Below the pieces are notes generated by a model. That model was not told the origin of the DNA and did not search any database. It worked only from the letters and a program-made list of their open reading frames with translations. This document shows positions 10,106 to 18,567 of a DNA stretch of 64,000 nt, piece by piece (position 1 is the first letter of the stretch; each line of letters begins with the position of its first letter). Made by a program: the position numbers and the translations under genes. The DNA comes from Alphaproteobacteria bacterium (lineage in GTDB: Bacteria; Pseudomonadota; Alphaproteobacteria; CBDBCS01), in contig CBDBCS010000006.1 of NCBI GenBank assembly GCA_965203415.1, positions 1,502,531-1,566,530 of the forward strand, written 5' to 3'.

Positions 10106-12467
10106 TTGACTTTGACCTGGACCGAAGGAAACCCCGAGCCTCCTGCGTCTGCGTCGTTACCGCCGTGGGTGAGTTCTCTCAACCCTCGCCAGCGTGAAGC
10201 TGTAACGCATACCGAGGGGCCCGTGCTCGTCACGGCGGGGGCGGGCACCGGCAAAACGCGCGTTCTGACGACACGTCTGGCCTGGCTTCTGCACGAAGAG
10301 AAAGCGCCTCCCTGGCGTTTATTATGCGTCACGTTCACGAATAAAGCCGCGAACGAGATGCGGTCTCGCCTGGAAAAAATGATGCCCATGGAGACCGTGC
10401 GGGATCTCTGGATGGGAACGTTTCACGCGCTCTCGATGCGGCTTCTCCGGCGTTCTCCCGAGAGCGTCGGCTTGAAACCGGATTTTGGAATCATGAGTCC
10501 CGACGACCAGCTTCGTTTAATGAAGCGTTTGGCGGGCGAGTTCCAGATTGACCCGAAACTATGGCCGCCCCGCCGCCTTTTGTCCGAAATCGAGCGTTGG
10601 AAGGATAAAGCTCTTTTTCCGGAGGACGTGACGCCTGCGGTCTTTTCTCAGAACCGTCCTCAGAATCGTCGTGTTTCCAACATGGTGGAAATCTATCGGG
10701 CGTATCAGGCCATTCTCGCAGAGATGAATTTTGTGGATTTTGGCGATCTGCTTCTGTATGCCCTCCGTCTGATTCAGAGCGACGCCGACCTGCGGCATAA
10801 ATTTTCGTATATCTTGGTGGATGAGTACCAGGATACCAATCATGCCCAGTACTTATGGCTCAAGGCTTTGGCAGAGGGTTCTGGCAATCTCTGTTGCGTC
10901 GGCGACGAGGACCAGTCTATTTACGGCTGGCGCGGGGCAGAGATTTCTAACATTCTCTCTTTTGAGAAGGATTTCCCTCGGGTCAAATATATTCCTCTGG
11001 AGGAAAATTATCGTTCGGACCAGACTATTTTGGATGCGGCCTCGGGTCTTATCACGAAAAACAAGGGGCGTCTGATAAAAAAGGAGCTTCGTTCGGGGCT
11101 TTCGAGGCGGGGTGGTGAAAAAATCAAAGTCCACGAGACACGCAGCGAAGCCGAGCAGAGCTGGAAGCTGGTGGACACTATTCTGGCTTATCACGATCGG
11201 GGAGCCGCGCTGACGTCGATGGGCATTCTCGTTCGGGCGAGTTATATGACGGACCGCATCGAGGACCGCCTTACGAAGCACAGAATTCCCTATATTGTCT
11301 ACGGCAATCCACGTTTTCTGGAGCGCGCCGAGGTTCAAACGATGTTGGCTTATCTGCGTTTGGTCCATCGCTCGTTCGATGACCCGGCATTTGAGCGTGC
11401 CGTCAATCAGCCCCCGCGCGGGATCGGGGAAGCCACAATGCGGGACTTGCAGGACCAGAAACATACCGGAGAGTCTCTTTTTGACTGTGCCCGTCGGTCT
11501 CTTTCTGTGGGTCTCGTATCAAAGCGAGCTCGGGTTGGTTTGCAGTTTTTTGTAGACCTCATTCTAGAGGCACGCACGCGTCTGGAGGCTCTGACAAAGG
11601 CGAGTGCCGGTGCGCCGCCGTCCTCGTCGCTTGCCGAGCTGGCTCGATGGATGCTGGAGGCCTCTGGCTTGGGGCCGCACTACATATTTTCAGAAGCTCC
11701 CGATGCCCCGGGCGTCTGGATAATTTGAAAGCCTTTATCACGAACCTGGCCGAAGAGCAGGATCTGGGAACGTATCTCGACCGGGTGGCCCTCATGGAGA
11801 GCGTCGCGCAAGGAGAAGACGGGGCGCAGAAAGATCACGTTGTCCTGATGACCATTCACGCAGCCAAGGGCCTGGAATTCGACAATGTCTTTCTGCCCTA
11901 TTGGACCGAGAAGCATTTCCCAATCCACGCGCGCTGGAATCGACGGACCGCGGGGAAGCTCTGGAGGAGGAACGCCGCTTGGCCTATGTGGCTCTGACGC
12001 GGGCGCGGCACCGGGTTTCTATTTTCTGGTCGAGCACGCTCTGGACTTTTCAGAATTTTCCAGAGGAAGCCTTCCCCTCACGCTTTATCGGCAACATTCC
12101 GACACATTTGCGGCTTCATTCTCAGACCTATGCTTCTGTGGGCGCGTCCGGTGAGCGGCCCGGCAATTCTTTCCGGAATGATGCCGGCGGCAGACAAACG
12201 GCCGTATCGGCTAGCTCGATGGAAAAAAGACAGCTCCCCGTTTGGAAGCCCGGGGTGCGGGTGTTGTCAGGCCAATTCGGAGAGGGAACCGTTCTGGGCT
12301 ATTCCGCCTTGGGGCAGTGCCGTGTCCGCTTCGAGGATGGTCAGGCTCGGAACATTTTGGCCTCCTATTTACGGGAGGCGCCCGCCGAGAGTCGTGCCCC
12401 CGGTGCCGGTGGGCTTGATGGCCCCGGCGGTCCCGGTGCCAGCGGTAGGGCCCAAGCTAAAGGCTAA
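10106..12467 (+). pseudogene. uvrD: UvrD/Rep-family ATP-dependent DNA helicase interrupted by two -1 frameshifts
   Basis: The Walker A region LVTAGAGTGKTRVLTTRLAWLL and the motifs VDEYQDTN and GDEDQSIYGWRGA are in the first frame. The helicase continuation RLDNLKAFI...TIHAAKGLEFDNVFLP is in a second frame. FPNPRALES...LEEERRLAYVALTRA is in a third frame. The shifts sit in a CCCCGGG run near 11703-11709 and in a TTTCCC run near 11915-11921. Confidence 0.8.
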
Positions 12468-13771
12468 AAGCCCGCCCCGCACGTCTTCACAATGAGCGTC
12501 AAACCCTGCCCTCCGCCGATGCACAGCGTCACCATCCCATAGTTTCCCCCGCCTGGAGCTCGCCGGCGCAGCTCGTGGACGAGTTTCGTCAGTAAAATCG
12601 CTCCCGTTGCGCCGATAGGGTGCCCCAAGGCAATGGCGCCTCCGTTGACATTGGTCTTTTCCGGGTCGAATCGCAGAGCCTCGGCCACCGCACAAGCCTG
12701 AGCCGCAAAAGCCTCGTTCGATTCGATGAGGTCTATATCCGCCAAAGCAAGCCCCGCTCGCGCCAGAGCCTGCCGCGTCGCAGGAATCGGGCCTAGTCCC
12801 ATATGCTCGGGGGCGACCCCGCCATAGCCATAGCTGACCACCTCGGCCGCCGGGACGAGACGGTGGTGACGAACGGCCGACTCGCTGGCGAAAAGCACAG
12901 CCGCCGCCCCGTCATTGACGCCAGACGCATTCCCCGCCGTGACACACGCCGCCGCCTCCGCCTCCGGAGCAGGCTCGCCCCCAGGAAAAAGAGGCGGAAG
13001 GTGAGCCAAGGCCTCGGCGGTGATATCGCTTCGTACGTGTTCGTCTCGGCTAAAGAGAGTCGTCTGTCCCTTGCGCCCGGTCATGCGCCCGGTCACAGAG
13101 ATGGGCTCGATCTGAGATTCGAAAAAGCCCGACGCAAGAGCCCGCGTGGCTCGCTGGTGACTCTGCAGCGCAAGACGGTCCTGGGTTTCTCGGCTGATTT
13201 TGTACAATTGCGCCAGGTTCTCGGCGGTTTTGCCCATAGGCCCCGCGCCAAAAGGGTCCGTCAGAGCCGCAAGCAACAGGTCTTGGGCCTCGGTATTGCC
13301 CAGACGCTCCCCCCACCGGAGGGCAGGTAAGAGATAACCAGCTTGGCTCATGGACTCCACGCCGACGGCGAGAACCATGGCGGCTTCGCCAAGACGCAGC
13401 AGATGAATGGCACTCACCGCCGCCTGGAGCCCGCTGCCGCAAAGCCGATTGACACTGAAAGCTCCGCTCGTTTCGGGGAGCCCCGCCCCCAGAGCGATCA
13501 CCCGCGCCAGATACAGATCGCGGCCCCGAGTCGGTAAAACCGTGCCGAGACACACATGATCCGTGGCTCGGGCGAGAGTCTCCGCCTCTTGTTTCGTCGC
13601 GTCCGTCGCGGCCTCGTCTTCCGGGGTGGCCTGTATGCGTCTTTTTCTGGCGACCTCGTGCAAGAGGCCTCGGCATACAAGCACCCCCATCTGCTCGGGC
13701 GAGACGCTGGCCAGGGCTCCCCCGAAGCGTCCGATGGCCGTCCGCCTGGCCTCGACGAGATAAATCTTCAC
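12464..13771 (-). CDS. acetyl-CoA C-acetyltransferase (thiolase II)
   Basis: The N-terminus is [18 protein letters not shown]. The active-site region is [11 protein letters not shown] and the C-terminal motifs are [17 protein letters not shown] and CIGGGQG. Confidence 0.9.
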   Translation of the reverse strand: MKIYLVEARRTAIGRFGGALASVSPEQMGVLVCRGLLHEVARKRRIQATPEDEAATDATKQEAETLARATDHVCLGTVLPTRGRDLYLARVIALGAGLPETSGAFSVNRLCGSGLQAAVSAIHLLRLGEAAMVLAVGVESMSQAGYLLPALRWGERLGNTEAQDLLLAALTDPFGAGPMGKTAENLAQLYKISRETQDRLALQSHQRATRALASGFFESQIEPISVTGRMTGRKGQTTLFSRDEHVRSDITAEALAHLPPLFPGGEPAPEAEAAACVTAGNASGVNDGAAAVLFASESAVRHHRLVPAAEVVSYGYGGVAPEHMGLGPIPATRQALARAGLALADIDLIESNEAFAAQACAVAEALRFDPEKTNVNGGAIALGHPIGATGAILLTKLVHELRRRAPGGGNYGMVTLCIGGGQGLTLIVKTCGAGF

Positions 13772-13792
13772 CGGGTTCTCAAAACCATAGGT

Positions 13793-14656
13793 TCAATCTT
13801 CGGCCAGGAATTCGTCATAAAAGCTCAGGGGATTTAAGACGAGCCCGACGCCGACATACGTGTAATCCGCGTCGCCAAGGTCATAATGAACAAGATCCGC
13901 AGAGAGCCCCAGAGCCGGGTTAAAATAATGCACAAGGCCGATGCCGATATTCCAGCCGAACGCCAGTTTTCCAAAAGCGTCGTCGCCGTCCAGCGTCGAG
14001 GCGTCCGACGTCCGGCCAAAAGCGACAAAGCCCGGGCCTATTTTCAAAATAGAATTCGGCGTTAAAGCGAAACGCCTGCTGATATTCGCGCCTAGGACAC
14101 GATATTCTACTTTCACACGGTTGGACTCGGTCACGGCGGTGCTGCCGAGATTGCTCTCGAAGCTGTAAGCCGCGGGAGAGCTGCCCGCGCCGTAAATCTG
14201 CCGAGTCTGGTAAGCCGTCCGGGCATAGAGAAAACTGAGGCCCCAACTCCATTGAGGGTTGAAATAATTATCATAGGCAAGCCGAAAAGCTCGGCTTTCT
14301 TCTTTTTCAACGCCCGCCCCGCCGAGGGGCGATGGGCTGTTATTCTCGAGACTCGTCCCGATGAAATAGGAGTGCTCTGGCGCCCGGGGCGAGGACGGGG
14401 AGGGGGACGGGCGCACAGACTCAGGCGTGGGAGGCGGAGCCTCTTGAGCCGGGGCCTCGCCTGGGGCAACGAGGGCGAAACAAGCCCACATGACAGAAAC
14501 GAAGAAAAAATATCTCACAGAAAGCAGACGGAAGACAGACAGAAAATAGACGGTAGACAGAACGGAAAACAGGGACGGAAGATAGGGGCGGAAAACAACG
14601 GCACGCCAGACACCCCCGGAGCAACGCGTCATGCAGGCGGCGGCCTCTCGGGCCAT
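13793..14656 (-). CDS. putative outer-membrane beta-barrel protein
   Basis: There is a signal-like segment ending ALVAPGEAPA, followed by alternating hydrophobic and aromatic beta-strand patterns with a C-terminal ...YTYVGVGLVLNP. The family assignment is weak and the start is uncertain. Confidence 0.45.
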   Translation of the reverse strand: MAREAAACMTRCSGGVWRAVVFRPYLPSLFSVLSTVYFLSVFRLLSVRYFFFVSVMWACFALVAPGEAPAQEAPPPTPESVRPSPSPSSPRAPEHSYFIGTSLENNSPSPLGGAGVEKEESRAFRLAYDNYFNPQWSWGLSFLYARTAYQTRQIYGAGSSPAAYSFESNLGSTAVTESNRVKVEYRVLGANISRRFALTPNSILKIGPGFVAFGRTSDASTLDGDDAFGKLAFGWNIGIGLVHYFNPALGLSADLVHYDLGDADYTYVGVGLVLNPLSFYDEFLAED

Positions 14657-15229
14657 TTCATAGGGCGTTCCCCGGGCGAAGACTCTAACGACTCGACGGA
14701 GGCCCTGTCAAGACAAGCCGCCAAGACAAGCCGTCAAGCCGACGAGAAAGACAGACTCAAGAGCAAGCCGGGGTCTTTTGTCTCATGTCACGCCCTCCAT
14801 GCCAACGTGGCCAAGAGACAAGCTCGTTTAGGCACAAGCGCGACACAAGGACGACATCATCTCACGAACGGGTTCACAAGGAACACAGGAGGCCTCAAAA
14901 CACGACCCAATGCAACGAGAAAACCATAGCCGGGACACGGCACAATCGCATGACCAGGTGGGGCATGACCGGGTGGGCGGCCATGCACCCCCCATAGGAC
15001 GAGCCCTCGCCCGAGACACCCTCGATGGACCCTTGGCCGGACGCCTCTCCAGCCGTCTCCGACGAGGCCGCCTACCGGGGGCACGCCCCCGCCACGGAAC
15101 GACCCGGCAGAGACCCGGCCTAGGACTCGGCCCCAGCCGTGCGCGGGGATTCTAACGCGGTTGCGCGATGAAAGCAAGTTTTTTCTGGAAGCCTTAGGCG
15201 AATTTTTGGAAAACACCTTGCGTGTCGCT

Positions 15230-16500
15230 CGGGCCCGCCGGGGGCCGCCGGGGGTTGTTTCTCCGCTGCCCTCGCCGCCGATTCTTTCCAACGCAGGTAT
15301 GGGTTGGGGCCCGCCGGGATCCTGTCGGAGGCCGTCTCCCTGCGGGAAAACGAACGGTTTTCAGATAAAATCTGGACCGCCGGGGGTCGCCGGGAGCCGT
15401 CCCCCTGCACCCTATCGATCGATGCCGACGACGGAACCGCCAGTATGGGTTGGAGCACACCGGGGCAAGTCTTCCCGCAATGAAGGCGGCCGAACCCTCG
15501 GCTATGATGGGGCCGCCGGGGCCCACCGGGGGCAAGCGGCACCATGACCGCCAGAGCCTCCACGGGTGTCGTTCGGGCCCGCCGGGAGCCGTCTCCTCGC
15601 TGCCCTCGCCGCCGATTCTTTCCAACGCAGGTATGGGTTGGGGCCCGCCGGGAGCCTGTCGGAGGCCTGTCGGAGGCCGTCTCCCTGCGGAAAAACGAAC
15701 GATTTTCAGATAAAATCTGGGCCGCCGGGGCCCGCCGGGGGCCATCTCCCTGCACACTATCGATCGATGCCGACGACGGAACCGCCAGTATGGGTTGGAG
15801 CTCACCGGGGCAAGTCTTCCCGCAATGAAGGCGGCCGAACCCTCGGCTATGATGGGGCCGCCGGGGCCCACCGGGGGCTGTTTCCCCGCCAGGCTCGTCA
15901 GCGACGGGCGTGCCAGCGAGTATGGGTTGGGGCCCGCCGGGAGCCATCTCCCTGCACACTATCGATCGATGCCGACGACGGAACCGCCAGTATGGGTTGG
16001 GGCTCGCCGGGGCAGGTCTTCCCGCAATGAAGGCGGCCGAACCCTCGGCTATGATGGGGCCGCCGGGGCCCACCGGGGGCCGTTTCCCCGCCAGGCTCGT
16101 CAGCGACGGGCGTGCCAGCGAGTATGGGTTGGGGCTCACCGGGAGCCGTCTCCCTGCATCCTATCGATCAATGCCGACGACGGAACCGCCAGTATGGGTT
16201 GGGGCCACCGGGGCAAGTCTTCCCGCAATGAAGGCGGCCGAACCCTCGGCTATGATGGGGCCGCCGGGGCCCGCCGGGGGCCGTCTCCCTGCACCCTATC
16301 GATCGATGCCGACGACGGAACCACCAGTATGGGTTGGAGGCCGCCGGGGCAAGTCTTCCCGCAATGAAGGCGGCCGAACCCTCAGCTATGATGAGGCCGC
16401 CGGGGCCGCCGGGGCCGTCTCCCCGCAGCGGCTTGACGGAACACACCTTCAATAGCGTATGGGTTGGAGGCCGCCGGGGCAAGTCTTCCCGCGTCCGTCG
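15230..16500. repeat. mosaic modular tandem repeat built on ten copies of GTATGGGTTGG
   Basis: The 11-mer starts at 15297, 15443, 15631, 15788, 15920, 15990, 16122, 16192, 16327 and 16457. Four module bodies recur 2 to 6 times at near identity. All six frames are open, but the copy spacings are not consistently multiples of 3. Confidence 0.9.
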
Positions 16501-16711
16501 TCGTCTTTGTGCGCTCTCATCGTGTATGACAGGCAATCGTGTGAAAATGGTGTGAGACTTGGAGGGAGGGCTCTGCGGGCCGGCCTTGAAAGCCATCGAG
16601 GCATGTGCTAGCGAGGGGAACGGTGCGGCCTCGTTTCTTTTCAGAGAGAATCTCGAAGAGAACGAGCGGAAGACAGCCCAAGCACGACTTGAATTTCTGG
16701 AGGAGGAGCTT

Positions 16712-17878
16712 ATGCGTCTTTTTGAAAGATATTTCGGCAGCTATCTCAGCTATCCGGGATATTCCGGCGGATATTCCGGCAAACATCCCGGCAAACATCC
16801 CGGCAGGGTTCTCGGTTTGGGCTCCCGGCTTTTTTTCCGGCTTTTTTTTCCGCTTTTCGTTCTGCTAGGAGGCCCGCTGGCAGGCGGCGCGTTTGTGTTT
16901 CCGTCGCAGATTTGGGCTCAGGAATCGCAGGAGTCGCAAGAATCTTCCGGCGAGCTCCCGGTTCTTCGTGTTTACACGTACGACTCTTTCAGTTCCGAGT
17001 GGGGCCCAGGGCCGCGCCTCCAGGAGCTCTTTGAGGCAACATGCGCTTGTCAGCTCGTTTTTGTGCCGCACACCGATGCGGTGACTTTGCTCACGCGCCT
17101 CCAATTTGAGGGCTCCCGAGCCAAAGCGGACGTTATTTTGGGACTCGACACGACTCTGATGCACGAGGCGCAGTCTCATGCTCAGCCGCACGGTTTAGAA
17201 CTCCCCGAGACCCTCCGAGGCGTCGAGGCATGGGACAATGAATTCTTTGTGCCTTTCGATTGGGGTTTTTTTGCGTTTGTCTATGATGCGCGGCGGTATG
17301 ACGGGCCGCCTTTGGACTCTTTTGAGGCTTTGCGGGCGGCCCCGGTTCGCCTTTTGATCCAGGACCCTCGAAGTGCCAGCCCGGGCTTGGGTTTGGTTTT
17401 GTGGATACAACATCTGTACGGCTCGGAAGCCGCCGAGGTCTGGGGCGACCTGAACCCGAAAATCGTCACCGTGACCGCCGACTGGAGTACCTCGTATCAG
17501 CTTTTTCTGCAGGGCGAGGCCGATATGGTGCTGTCCTACGCGACATCGCCTTTCTACCACCGCCTCGTGGAGGGCGAGGACCATATCCGCGCCTTCTATT
17601 TCCAGGAGGGCCACTATCAACAGACAGAGGTCGCCGCTCTTGCCGCCCAGGCCTCGCAGCCGGACCTGGCGCGCCGTTTTTTGTCCTTCTTGCTCTCCCC
17701 TGAGGCCCAGAGCGTACTCCCGACGCACCAGTGGATGTACCCCGTTCATCCGGACGTCGCTCTGCCAGAGGGCTTCGACGAGCCGCCGACAGACATACGC
17801 GCCCTGACCCACACCCCCGAGGAAGTCGCCCGCCATCGACGCACCTGGACGCAGGCGTGGCTTGACGCTCGTTTTTGA
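16712..17878 (+). CDS. thiB: thiamine ABC transporter periplasmic binding protein
   Basis: LRVYTYDSFSSEWGPGP...ADVILGLDTTLM is typical of TbpA/ThiB. The ATG at 16712 follows GGAGGAGGAG. It is followed by thiP and thiQ. Confidence 0.85.
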   Translation: MRLFERYFGSYLSYPGYSGGYSGKHPGKHPGRVLGLGSRLFFRLFFPLFVLLGGPLAGGAFVFPSQIWAQESQESQESSGELPVLRVYTYDSFSSEWGPGPRLQELFEATCACQLVFVPHTDAVTLLTRLQFEGSRAKADVILGLDTTLMHEAQSHAQPHGLELPETLRGVEAWDNEFFVPFDWGFFAFVYDARRYDGPPLDSFEALRAAPVRLLIQDPRSASPGLGLVLWIQHLYGSEAAEVWGDLNPKIVTVTADWSTSYQLFLQGEADMVLSYATSPFYHRLVEGEDHIRAFYFQEGHYQQTEVAALAAQASQPDLARRFLSFLLSPEAQSVLPTHQWMYPVHPDVALPEGFDEPPTDIRALTHTPEEVARHRRTWTQAWLDARF

Positions 17879-18567
17879 AGATACGCTTGCCGGCAGTGCA
17901 GGCGGGGAAGGGGCGAGGGTGAAGCCGCGGTCCAAGAGAACCCTCGACGAGTCTGGCTCGTGGCCTGGACTTTTCTTTTTTTGCTTGGTTCGCCTGCGGG
18001 CGGCTTGATTTTTCAGAGGCGAGGGGACGGACACAGCGCGCCGCCGCCGGGCCCTGCCATGACCCATCCATCATGACGCCATGGCTTTTTAAGGGGTCTT
18101 TGACGGGAATGTTCTGGTTTTTGGGGGGTCTATGGCAGAGACCGTCTCATCGTCTGTTTCAAGAGTCTGTTTTCATGCTTTGGTCTCTTCGTGGCATGCT
18201 TGTTCGCAGGAACAAAGAAAGCCCGACACGGGCCCATGGTTTTACATGGTTTTACATGGCTTTACAAAACAGAGCTTCATGCCACTTTCACAAACGGCAA
18301 GGCCGTCGTCGGCAGACGGCCTGCTCGTTCAAACGACTGGTCTGCGCTTCAAGAGACGGTGGCGAGGGTGTTTCTCCGCATCTTTTCACACCGGTTTTCA
18401 CACCAGGGGGCCCCCCGGACTGTGAGCTGCACGCCGGGAAGGATCCGGCATGAGTCGAGTTGGGGGTCCGCAGAGGCTTGGCCGAGCCGCATGCCCTTTG
18501 TTTTAGTTCTTTTCTCGCTCGTCTGGCGGGTCTTCTTGTTTTTCACACCCCCTTCAGAGTGCGTTCC

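Noticed and set aside
15120-16596. Long ORFs on both strands through the mosaic repeat (for example 15120-16139 minus, 15795-16367 plus, 15910-16455 plus) as a repeat-protein gene
   Set aside because: All six frames are open only because the GC-rich modules lack stop triplets. Identical DNA copies are read in different frames, since spacings such as 202 and 130 bp are not multiples of 3. The translations are Arg/Pro/Gly-rich with no start context, signal peptide or recognisable domain.
16500-16711. TPP (THI-box) riboswitch in front of thiB
   Set aside because: I see only partial resemblance: GUGAGA at 16552-16557 and GCGAGGGGAA at 16611-16620. I cannot find the ACCC / ACCUGAUC / GGAUAAUGCC elements or the P2-P3 pairing. 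I cannot call it by eye. A cmsearch with Rfam RF00059 would settle it.
18073-18453. 126-aa ORF in the thiB-thiP gap as a real gene
   Set aside because: There is no ribosome-binding context and the composition is odd (Arg/Cys/His/Phe-rich). No motif is recognisable, and two other frames are open over the same stretch.
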